Assembly: GCA_965202625.1 (NCBI GenBank)
Contig: CBDBBI010000010.1
Location: forward strand, 896,001 to 960,000
Reading direction: 5' to 3'
Source: a bacterium
Lineage (GTDB): Bacteria > UBA8248
Length of the DNA: 64,000 nt
Shown: one piece after another, positions 20,695 through 29,575 of the stretch
Position numbering within the stretch: position 1 is the first letter of the stretch
Layout of the letters: the number at the start of each line of letters is the position of its first letter
Position numbers and translations under genes: made by a program
The notes under the pieces: model-generated
Databases searched by the model: none
What the model saw: the letters and a program-made list of their open reading frames with translations, nothing else
Told to the model about the DNA's origin: nothing

Positions 20695-21822
20695 CTAATT
20701 TAGCTGCACGAATTTCGATCCTTTCACCTGCCAGAATACGTAAGGGCTTTCCAGAACGTCTCCCTTTTGATTGAACTGAATTTTTCCCAAAGACGTATTC
20801 CAAGCCTTGCTTCGCAGGTGGGCGGCCAGTTTGCTCCCCTGAGTGCTGCCTGTGGATTGTATCGAGTTCAATATCAGATTTGCGGCCGCATAGCTATAAA
20901 TGGTGTAGGCGCCCACATCCTTACGAAAGCGCTTGCGGTGACTCTTGAGCATGGTTTGGGCCGCCGCAATTTTTTTCTGATCCGGCGGAAACGTAACGTA
21001 GGCACCCTCGGCAGATTCGCCAGCAATCTTGTAGAATTCATCCACGAAAATGCCATCACCGCTCACGAAAATCGCTTTCATGCCAAGACGCTCGCGCATC
21101 TGCTTCACCAGAAGAATGGCCTCCGGATGGATGCCGCCAAAATAAACCACCTCTGGGTTCTTTTGCTTTGCGGCTGTTAACACCGGCATGTAATCCTTGT
21201 CGCCTTGCACGACCCCACTATAGAAGATGGGGCTGACGCCCTTTTTCTCCAAAAATCGTTTAGTTCTATCGGCCAGTCCCTGTCCATACACCGTCTTATC
21301 ATGGAGAATGGCCACGTGAGTGGCCTTCAACGCACCCACGATATATTCAGCCGCCACGCGCCCCTGTTGATCGTCGCGACCACAAACACGGAACACCGTT
21401 TTGAAGCCCTGCTCAGTGAGCTTCGGGTTGGTGGACGCTGGTGTGATTTGAATGACATCCGCTTCCGCATACACGGTGGACGCAGGAATAGAAACGGAAC
21501 TGTTGAAATGACCGACGACACCAACGACCCCCGAGTTCACGAACTTGTGCGCAATCGAAATTCCTTCCCTCGGATCATGACGATCATCACCCCAAAGAAT
21601 GTCCACTTTCATCCGCTTGCCGCCAACGCTGACGCCGCCCTTGCTGTTCCATTCCTCCGCAGCGAGCGTCACGCCATTTCTCAGCATATCGCCAAACGCC
21701 GCCTGATCCCCAGTGAACGGACCGGCCACGCCGATCGTGATGGTTGATGCGGCCCGCGCAGCTGCACCCAAAAAAACGGTGCTCACGACGATGACCAACA
21801 AACACGCGATTCTCCTGAACAT
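20695..21822 (-). CDS. livK: Branched-chain amino acid ABC transporter substrate-binding protein (intact)
   Basis: Signal peptide, IGVAGPFTG, VVGHFNSSVSIPAS, PASTNPKLTE, FRVCGRDDQQG and HDKTVYGQGLA motifs. Confidence 0.92.
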   Translation of the reverse strand: MFRRIACLLVIVVSTVFLGAAARAASTITIGVAGPFTGDQAAFGDMLRNGVTLAAEEWNSKGGVSVGGKRMKVDILWGDDRHDPREGISIAHKFVNSGVVGVVGHFNSSVSIPASTVYAEADVIQITPASTNPKLTEQGFKTVFRVCGRDDQQGRVAAEYIVGALKATHVAILHDKTVYGQGLADRTKRFLEKKGVSPIFYSGVVQGDKDYMPVLTAAKQKNPEVVYFGGIHPEAILLVKQMRERLGMKAIFVSGDGIFVDEFYKIAGESAEGAYVTFPPDQKKIAAAQTMLKSHRKRFRKDVGAYTIYSYAAANLILNSIQSTGSTQGSKLAAHLRSKAWNTSLGKIQFNQKGDVLESPYVFWQVKGSKFVQLN

Positions 21823-22025
21823 ATTGAATTTCCTGCCCTGGCGACAAAAAACGGTTTGCTTCATAAAAAATCAAGGATGTCGCCACCCCCATTATCCAAG
21901 CATCATTTCGCTCTCAGCCGCTGAGTGCGACGTTCCACGAAACACTCCATTCTCCTGCTGCACAAGGCAATCTGCTCTATCCAACAGATCAAAACATCTC
22001 TCTCCACGTCGGGGAGAAGCTTCCT

Positions 22026-22589
22026 TTACGCCGTCTTCACCCGCTCAATATACTCTCCCGTGCGCGTGTCGATCTTCAACATGTCGCCCTCACTCAAGAA
22101 CAGCGGCACTGCGACGGTGGCGCCTGTTTCCAATTCGGCCTGCTTAGTCGCGCCCGCCGCCGTATCGCCCCTCAGACCTGGCTCCGTCCTTTTGATCGCC
22201 AGCTCCACGAATGTGGGCATCTCGATAGAAATCGCGTCACCTTTATAAAATAATATATCTACAATCGTCTCTTCGCACAAAAATTTAACTCTGTCGCCGA
22301 GTTTCTCGGCACCCAGCCCAGTCTGATCGTATGTTTCCGTGTCCATGAAATAAAAGACGTCGCCGTCTCGATAAAGATACTGCATCTGTTTCTGTTCGAT
22401 CTCGGGATTTCCGACAGACTCGCCCGAGCGGAACGTTCTCTCTAGAACGCGACCCGTTTTCAAATTCTTCAGTTTCGTGCGCACAAAGGCACCGCCCTTT
22501 CCGGGCTTCACATGCTGAAACTCCACGATCGCGAAAGGCTCATTCTCTAGCTCGATCTTCAGCCCATTGCGAAAATCACTTGTCAAGGG
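22026..22589 (-). CDS. efp: Elongation factor P
   Basis: FQHVKPGKGGAFVRTKLK, PGLRGDTA, LETG and DTRTGEYIER motifs. Confidence 0.98.
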   Translation of the reverse strand, partial: PLTSDFRNGLKIELENEPFAIVEFQHVKPGKGGAFVRTKLKNLKTGRVLERTFRSGESVGNPEIEQKQMQYLYRDGDVFYFMDTETYDQTGLGAEKLGDRVKFLCEETIVDILFYKGDAISIEMPTFVELAIKRTEPGLRGDTAAGATKQAELETGATVAVPLFLSEGDMLKIDTRTGEYIERVKTA

Positions 22590-22623
22590 CATAGAATCAA
22601 CAAACCTCCTAATGAGAGAATGG

Positions 22624-23694
22624 TTACAAGACAACCAGCTCTTTCGTCATCGAGCTGGTGAGGATCTGCTTTCCCCTCTCCGTGACAAGAACCATATCTT
22701 CAATTCTGACGCCACCCCAACGGTGGAGATATACGCCGGGCTCCACAGTCACCACCACCCCCGGCTTTAACTCCTCCCTCACGCCTGGCCCGAGTCTGGG
22801 CGCTTCGTGTATGTTGAGTCCTAGACCGTGACCCGTTCCATGTCCGAAGGCGTCACCATAACCATGCCTTTTGATGACGTCGCGCGCGGTTTCGTCAACA
22901 TCCCCACAGCGCGCGCCCGGCTTCACGGCTTCTAGTGCCGCCATTTGGGCATCAAGGACAACATGATAAATTTTCTCGCCCTTTGGCGACGGCTTGCCTA
23001 GGGAAAATACGCGCGTCGTATCCGCATGATAGCCTGACACCACGGCTCCAAAGTCAATAGTGATGAGGTCTCCCTTCTGAAGTTTCCTTGATGAAGCGAC
23101 GCCGTGCGGAAGGGCGGAACGGGGACCAGAGGCAACGATAGTATCAAACGCCGGGCGGGAGGCTCCCCGCCTCCTCATTGCGGTTTCCAGGTCGAGGGCA
23201 ACGTCCAATTCTGCGCGCCCCGGGCGAATCGACTCCACTATTTCGCCCAACGCCCCGGCGTTCACCTTTGCGCCTCGCCTTAATTGTTGCACCTCGTCCG
23301 CATCCTTGCAAAGCCTCAATGCCTCCACAAGCCCAGAAGTGGGCTTCAGGCGCAACCCATTGAGGATCTTTCGCATTCGCCCGAGAGCCCCGTGGGTGAG
23401 ATGCTCCGCCTCGAAGGCGAGCGCGCTCCCCTTCGTTCTCCTCGCCTCGCGCACGATCCCCTCCATCGGGGAGGAATGCTCAACGCGACGATAATGGGAG
23501 GACACTTCTTTCGCCGCCTGTGAGCGATACCTGAAATCCGTGATGAAAACGGCACCTCTCATTGAGACCAGGCAGGCACCAGCCGAGCCAGTGAATCCGC
23601 TCAGGTAGCGGACGTTTTCCATCTTCGTCACGGCGATGGCGGACAGACCATCCCGTCGCATCGCCCTCCTCAGGGCGTTGAGACGGTGCTTCAT
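22624..23694 (-). CDS. Xaa-Pro aminopeptidase (M24B)
   Basis: [35 protein letters not shown] and GVRIED motifs. Confidence 0.94.
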   Translation of the reverse strand: MKHRLNALRRAMRRDGLSAIAVTKMENVRYLSGFTGSAGACLVSMRGAVFITDFRYRSQAAKEVSSHYRRVEHSSPMEGIVREARRTKGSALAFEAEHLTHGALGRMRKILNGLRLKPTSGLVEALRLCKDADEVQQLRRGAKVNAGALGEIVESIRPGRAELDVALDLETAMRRRGASRPAFDTIVASGPRSALPHGVASSRKLQKGDLITIDFGAVVSGYHADTTRVFSLGKPSPKGEKIYHVVLDAQMAALEAVKPGARCGDVDETARDVIKRHGYGDAFGHGTGHGLGLNIHEAPRLGPGVREELKPGVVVTVEPGVYLHRWGGVRIEDMVLVTERGKQILTSSMTKELVVL

Positions 23695-24188
23695 TACGCC
23701 TCCAAAGGAAATTTTCGTGCCTTGACATGGCGATTGATCGCCGCCTGCAAAGCCAAAGCGTAGCCTTCCAGGCCATAACCGATGATGGTTCCCGCGACCA
23801 CCGGTCCGATCATCGAACGATGCCTAAAATCCTCGCGTTTCAATACGTTGGAAATATGCACCTCGTAGACAGGCATCTCTAAGCCATCCACCGCGTCCCT
23901 GAGCGCAACACTGGTATGGGTATATCCTCCCGGATTGAAGATACAAGCCACACACCTTTCGGTTGGTGCCATGCCTGTCTGATAGGGCCTAGCGCCTCCC
24001 GCGCACTGGAGCGCGTCGATGAGTTCCCCCTCCACATTCGACTGGCGACACTCCAACTCCACTCCCTCATCCCTCGCCATCCGGACAAGAGCCGCCTCCA
24101 GCTCAGCCAGCGTGGTCTTCCCATATATTTCCGGCTCGCGCTTTCCGAGCAGATTGAGATTCGGTCCATTCAAAAGAAGCATTCGCAT
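23694..24188 (-). CDS. aroQ: Type II 3-dehydroquinate dehydratase
   Basis: LNGPNLNLLGKREPEIYG, NPGGYTHTSVALRDA and EVHISN motifs. Confidence 0.97.
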   Translation of the reverse strand: MRMLLLNGPNLNLLGKREPEIYGKTTLAELEAALVRMARDEGVELECRQSNVEGELIDALQCAGGARPYQTGMAPTERCVACIFNPGGYTHTSVALRDAVDGLEMPVYEVHISNVLKREDFRHRSMIGPVVAGTIIGYGLEGYALALQAAINRHVKARKFPLEA

Positions 24189-24295
24189 AGTGAAGTTTCG
24201 CTCTCAAAGAATAGCGCACACCATTCGACGCACAATTTTGACCGCAGATGGTAGAAAATCGGTGTGATGGCGTCAACAAAGGAGCCTCCAACGCA

Positions 24296-25381
24296 TCACG
24301 AACCAGCAAGGGCGGATCGCCACAAGCGGGGCGGAACCTCAACGCCCAGTTCCATTTCACCAATTTTCCGCATCAGGACAAAACGTGGGCTCCCCTGGCG
24401 CGTCTTCTTGTCGCTGGCCAGCTGTTTTTTCAATGTTGATAGATTAGGCGGCTTCTTCATCTTCGTGGGCAGGCCAAAACGCTCCAGCAAAGCTGTGATC
24501 CTTTTTGTGTCCTCGTGCGCGCAAAGCCCCATTACACAAGATATTCGACTCGCCGCGGACATGCCGATGGAGACGGCTTCTCCGTGAAGCAGCTCGGATG
24601 AGTAGCCCGCCAACGCCTCTACCGCGTGTCCGAGCGTGTGGCCATAATTCAATACCTGCCTCAGTCCGGTCTCGCGCTCATCCTGCTCGACAACCTTGGC
24701 TTTAATCCGGCAATTCAAGGCTACGATCGTTTCCAGCACGGGCGCGTTTCGGTTGAGAATTTGCTCCTCGTTTCTCTCCAAAAAGGTGAAAAGACGGCTG
24801 TCCGCAATCGCTGCGTGCTTGACCACCTCGGCCAGTCCCGCGTTGAATTCACGATCAGGCAGCGTTCTAAGTGTTGACGTATCGCTCACCACGGCTGCCG
24901 GCTGATGGAACGCGCCCACAAGGTTTTTTCCCAATTCATGATCAATTGCCGTTTTTCCACCCACCGCGCTATCCACCTGAGCCAAAAGCGTTGTCGGTGC
25001 CTGAACATAGGGAATACCCCTTAAGAAAACAGCCGATGCGAATCCGACGACGTCGCCCACCACGCCTCCTCCCAAGGCAACGGCGCCGCAGCCTCTGTCC
25101 ATTCTCAAAGACGCCATCTTGTCGAGTATTCTCGATAGTTGTCGGAGCGACTTACTTCCCTCACCCGCTGGAATTCTCAGCAAAGACGCATCAACGGCCT
25201 CGCGAGCGAGCGAGTCTAAGGTTTTCTCAGCATACAGGGGCGCGACGTTGCGATCTGTGATGAGAAGCGCTCTTTTGCTTTTGAAATGGCGAGAGGAGAT
25301 TTTGCCGATATCCTCAAGGGCGTTCGCCCCGATTCGGATCGTGTAGGAACGTTCGTCAAAGTGAACCCTGACGTTCCTCAT
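24296..25381 (-). CDS. aroB: 3-dehydroquinate synthase
   Basis: GGGVVGD, PTTLLAQVDSAVGGKT, KNLVGAFHQP, LNYGHTLGHA and HGEAV motifs. Confidence 0.97.
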   Translation of the reverse strand: MRNVRVHFDERSYTIRIGANALEDIGKISSRHFKSKRALLITDRNVAPLYAEKTLDSLAREAVDASLLRIPAGEGSKSLRQLSRILDKMASLRMDRGCGAVALGGGVVGDVVGFASAVFLRGIPYVQAPTTLLAQVDSAVGGKTAIDHELGKNLVGAFHQPAAVVSDTSTLRTLPDREFNAGLAEVVKHAAIADSRLFTFLERNEEQILNRNAPVLETIVALNCRIKAKVVEQDERETGLRQVLNYGHTLGHAVEALAGYSSELLHGEAVSIGMSAASRISCVMGLCAHEDTKRITALLERFGLPTKMKKPPNLSTLKKQLASDKKTRQGSPRFVLMRKIGEMELGVEVPPRLWRSALAGS

Positions 25382-26433
25382 GCAGACCCCACCGCGCGAT
25401 ACGCCAAGCCGGCGCCGATGGCGGCGACAGGAGAGAGAGACTCCACGAAACCAGGATCAAACCGATCATTAGGAACCTCCACATGGCGAAACGGCTTGAG
25501 GATTTCGACCGGCGAATCAAGGGCGATGGCCATGCGCACCGCCAGACCCTCTAAACGAGCGCCGCCCCCCGACAAGACCACCCGCTCAACGCGCTGAGCA
25601 GGCGATGCCGACTCCAGCAACCGCAACGTCCGCCCCAGCTCAAGAACCATCCTCTCCACTTCCACGCGGATGACGTCAGCTACGACAGATGGGTCAGGGG
25701 AAGGCGCGTCCCCCGACTTGATGCTCTCCGCCTCTTCCTCCAGAACCGCCAAACGATCCGCCAGCGCTTTCGTTACCCTCCCCCCACCAAATGGAATCGC
25801 CCGCGTAAGCAAGACGTGGTCATCGCGCACCACATTCACCAAAGTCTCAGACGCGCCGACGTCCACCAGAGCGACCGTCTCCCCTTGCCGACGCATTCCG
25901 GAGAGCTCAAAAGCACTTTCCATCGCGAAGAAATTCACATCCACTATCACTGGCTCATAGTCAATATACTCCAAGAAATTACGCAACCTCTCCAGTGGTT
26001 TCCGCTTCACTGCGATCATCAAATACTCATCCATGATCGCGCCCATTTTCTCCACCTGGCCGATTCGCAGATGAGACAAGCGCACCTCATCCAAGGAAAC
26101 GGGCAACACTTGTATTGCCTCGGCCTCCAAAGCGTCGGAGACGGGGAAATCTTCCTCCGAGGGCAGAAGCACCGTCTTCAGCATCGCCGCCGCGCCCGAT
26201 AACGCCACGACCACTCTTTTCTCCTCCGTCCTCTCATCGGAAATCAATTCCTCCACCCGACGCATGACCTCCTCAGTGTCGCGCACAAAACCACTCTGCA
26301 CAGCATTTGGGGCCAAGGGGGCCACTCCCAAACGGGAGAGAGAAAGACATCCTTTCTTCTTCACGAGCGCCACCAACTTAACGGCAGAACTCCCAATGTC
26401 GATCGCTAGAGGGTATGTTGAGTCGTCTAACAC
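25378..26433 (-). CDS. pilM: Type IV pilus assembly protein PilM (actin-like), orphan
   Basis: AIDIGSSAVK, ALVDVGASET, LSGGGARLEGL and C-terminal GAGLAYR; start uncertain. Confidence 0.88.
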   Translation of the reverse strand: MLDDSTYPLAIDIGSSAVKLVALVKKKGCLSLSRLGVAPLAPNAVQSGFVRDTEEVMRRVEELISDERTEEKRVVVALSGAAAMLKTVLLPSEEDFPVSDALEAEAIQVLPVSLDEVRLSHLRIGQVEKMGAIMDEYLMIAVKRKPLERLRNFLEYIDYEPVIVDVNFFAMESAFELSGMRRQGETVALVDVGASETLVNVVRDDHVLLTRAIPFGGGRVTKALADRLAVLEEEAESIKSGDAPSPDPSVVADVIRVEVERMVLELGRTLRLLESASPAQRVERVVLSGGGARLEGLAVRMAIALDSPVEILKPFRHVEVPNDRFDPGFVESLSPVAAIGAGLAYRAVGSA

Positions 26434-26459
26434 TATAGTTCTCAGACAGGAAAAGAACT

Positions 26460-27451
26460 CTAAAACAACCGAATCGGCACCAATGTGAACGTAAAAACGA
26501 AGACCAGCATACACCCAAATCCCCAAAAGCGTCTCTCTCGCATCATCGGCGTCCGCTCATCCAGAAGCGGCGGATGGCGTCTCCCCAACAGAAGTGCAAT
26601 CGCGCTCCAGAGAATCCAGCCCGGCCAGCAAACCGAAGCCCACCGCGACCGATACCTTTGGATACCATTCGCCGAGGAGCGTGTAGGCAATGTGTCCCCC
26701 GGCAAGTTGTCCGGCAGGAATCAAATTAAGGACGTCACCAATAGCCCACACCAACCCGCAAAGGCCACCGGATGGAGAATGATATCGTGCCCCGAGGGAA
26801 TCGGACCATACATGAGCCATGCAATGCCGTCGAACAACAGAGGGGTCCCCAGTCCAATTCCGCCTGATATACCTTCAGGGACGAGTTCTGAAAGCGCCAA
26901 CCCGATGAACAACAGCCGGAACCGAGACGGCTATGTCCATCAGCACGTCTCGGTTCAGAATTCTTCCACGCATTCGGATGAGCGCACCGAACGTGCCCAA
27001 CAAGGAGGGCGCAGGTAAAAAATAAGGCAAGGAGGCATCCACCCCCCATTTTCGACTCGCTACGTAATGGCCCATCTCATGCGCGCCAAGAATCAAAAGC
27101 AGCGTCAACGAATACGGAAGTCCAACCAGCAGAAAAGGTATAAAACACCGTAACCACGAACATCAAAACAGGAACACCCACAGTTCTCCAAAAGGCATCG
27201 CGCGCCGAGGTCCCGCCAGCAAAGCGGTGAACGCCCCCCGTTTCGCTTTCTGCACCGATCGCAAAAACACCTTTAATTCGGGGCGAAATCCCCCTCCTCG
27301 TTCATTCAATCCCCACTCCTTGGCCAGCAGTGGCATGAAAGGGACGAACATTCCCCCAAAGGCTTCCGGAGCGCTCATCTCATCGTCGGTCTCCGGAAGG
27401 GAGAATACGCCCCGCACGTATTTTGTGAAATTCTAGCCAATCCTCCGCATT
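26460..27451 (-). pseudogene. Site-2 protease (M50), broken
   Basis: HEMGH zinc motif, SLPYFLPAP..GTFGA, HPVAFAGW and LNLIPAGQLAGGHI (catalytic Asp of LDG replaced) in at least four ORF pieces. Confidence 0.88.
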
Positions 27452-27459
27452 GGCGCACC

Positions 27460-27488
27460 TTGACACCTCACGCCGCAATTCTTACCCT
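27460..27488 (+). promoter_or_regulatory. Sigma70-like promoter for the LpoA-like gene
   Basis: TTGACA-N17-TACCCT. Confidence 0.45.
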
Positions 27489-27524
27489 CCCGCTTGACGC
27501 ATTTCCCCTCGTGGAAACAAAAAG

Positions 27525-29543
27525 ATGCCAAACGCCATCACGACATTCATATTAGGCGTCTCTCTCGCCGCATCCCTCATATCCGGATGCGGAACGAAAC
27601 CCGCCTTGGACACCTCGTCCCCCGCCCCCAAAACCTTTCGTTTCCCCAATCAAAAGACGACCCCTACTCATCAAACGGAAGACAGGAAGGAGACGACGCC
27701 AAACCAGATTGGGAGAAGGTCTGAGAACTTTTCTTCAAAAACGCTCTTCAAAGAAGGCAGAAGATGGTCCGCGCCCACCCCGGCATCGCCTGAGATGCCG
27801 CTGCGCGCACTAAAAGAGCGGTTAGCGAAACATCCGAATGCCCCTAATACCGACCAGGTTCTGCTCGACGTCGCAAAGCATGAGATCAGGCGTGGGAACT
27901 TGAAAGCGGCGACGACGAGATTAAGGCGACTTCAGGAGAAATTTCCCCTATCCCCTCTTTATCCGGAAAGCGTATTTTATCTTGGTCTGACACTTCAGGC
28001 GTCCGGCCGCCACGAAGACGCATGGCTTTCTCTCAATAGCAGCCTGAGCGGGGAGAGCAAACCGAAAAGACGCGCGCTGCTCCAGGCTTCCTTGGGAGAG
28101 GTGCACGAAAAGCGCGGCGAGGCTTTCCCCGCTCTGCTCTCCTATGCGCGCGCCATAACGAGCGATCCGAAAATTCACCAGAAAACCATGCTTATCCGGC
28201 GCATCAAGACCTTAGCGAGAATCGTCCCACCGCATCAGCTTCACCGAATCGTTGAGCGTTTTGGAAAATCATCGGTAGGGACATATATCCGTTCAGCTTT
28301 AACGAATAGGAGCGGGCAAGAAATACGTCCCCAGGTCGGGCGCGTCGGTATCATGCTTCCGCTCTCTGGCCCCGCCGCCGCCGCAGGGGAGCATGTCTAT
28401 CAAGGTATCCAGCTGGCGCTTCGTCACAGTTTGACAAAACATCCCGACCTGCGGATTCAACTTGCGGTTCGGGACACGAGAAGCGCTGCCCGGTCGGCAG
28501 GCGAAGCGGCGGAGGTCGCCGCCGGATTGATCGAGAAAGAGAAGGTCATCGCCCTCATCGGTCCGCTTCTGACCCGGGCGACGGAGCTTTCCGCCGAAAT
28601 CGCGAACCGGCTCCAGACCCCCATGCTCACGCCGTTTTCGGTCCGCATGGATATGAAGCGCGATTTCCAGTGGGTGTTTCGCAACTCGCTCACAAACCGC
28701 CTTCAGGCCCAAGGCGTTGCAGTCTACGCCGTCCAGCACCTCGGAGTGCGGCGCTTCGCCGTCTTGTATCCCGACAATCAGGATGGGCGGGAGCTCACCG
28801 ACGCTTTCACGCAGACTGTGGAGAGACTCGGCGGAGAGGTCGTCCAGATCGTTTCGTTTCCTAAGAACACAACCGACTTTCGAGCGCAAATGCGCGCGCT
28901 CGGCGGCCTGGACGACAGAGAACTGACAAGGAAGAAACTTTCCCTAGGACTCAAGAAATCAGATCCGTTTAACGTCCAATTGAATTTCGAGGCGCTCTTC
29001 GTTCCCGCCCATCACGACAAGGCGGTGCTCATCGCGCCGCAGCTCCCATTCTACAACATGCGCGAAATTCAGATTTTGGGCGGCAGCGGTTGGAACAGCC
29101 GTCGGTTGCTCGAACATGGAGAGAGCTACGTCGAGGGGGCCACCTTCGTCGATGGATTTTTCGCTGACTCGAAGGAACCAAAAATCGTGCGCTTCGTGAA
29201 CGCATACAAGAACCTATTCGGGAGAAAACCCGGCATATTCTCCGCTCTTGGTTATGACGCCGGCCAAATCATATTCACGGCACTCGCAAAAGGGGCGCGG
29301 ACAGGGGCGGAGGTCAGAGAACATCTCGCCGCCCTCAAGGGTTTTGACGGAATCATGGGGCTGACGGACATGGGAGCGGACAACGACGCGCGGCGGCAGT
29401 TGTTCGTGCTCTCCGTTCAGGGGAGAAAAATTCAGCACCTTCAAATGGTAGCGCCGCATAGGACTTTTCGTCATAGGGAATTCAAGCCAATCCGAAGCGA
29501 CGGTAGATTAGCCCCGTTGCCCTCAAAACCAGCGATCCCGTAA
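27525..29543 (+). CDS. Penicillin-binding protein activator LpoA/LppC-like lipoprotein
   Basis: Lipobox ISGC, TPR-like N-terminus, VGIMLPLSG periplasmic-binding fold, LIAPQLPFY and ALGYDA motifs. Confidence 0.82.
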   Translation: MPNAITTFILGVSLAASLISGCGTKPALDTSSPAPKTFRFPNQKTTPTHQTEDRKETTPNQIGRRSENFSSKTLFKEGRRWSAPTPASPEMPLRALKERLAKHPNAPNTDQVLLDVAKHEIRRGNLKAATTRLRRLQEKFPLSPLYPESVFYLGLTLQASGRHEDAWLSLNSSLSGESKPKRRALLQASLGEVHEKRGEAFPALLSYARAITSDPKIHQKTMLIRRIKTLARIVPPHQLHRIVERFGKSSVGTYIRSALTNRSGQEIRPQVGRVGIMLPLSGPAAAAGEHVYQGIQLALRHSLTKHPDLRIQLAVRDTRSAARSAGEAAEVAAGLIEKEKVIALIGPLLTRATELSAEIANRLQTPMLTPFSVRMDMKRDFQWVFRNSLTNRLQAQGVAVYAVQHLGVRRFAVLYPDNQDGRELTDAFTQTVERLGGEVVQIVSFPKNTTDFRAQMRALGGLDDRELTRKKLSLGLKKSDPFNVQLNFEALFVPAHHDKAVLIAPQLPFYNMREIQILGGSGWNSRRLLEHGESYVEGATFVDGFFADSKEPKIVRFVNAYKNLFGRKPGIFSALGYDAGQIIFTALAKGARTGAEVREHLAALKGFDGIMGLTDMGADNDARRQLFVLSVQGRKIQHLQMVAPHRTFRHREFKPIRSDGRLAPLPSKPAIP

Positions 29544-29575
29544 AAAGCAACGTCTCATTCGTAAAACCTCGACTT

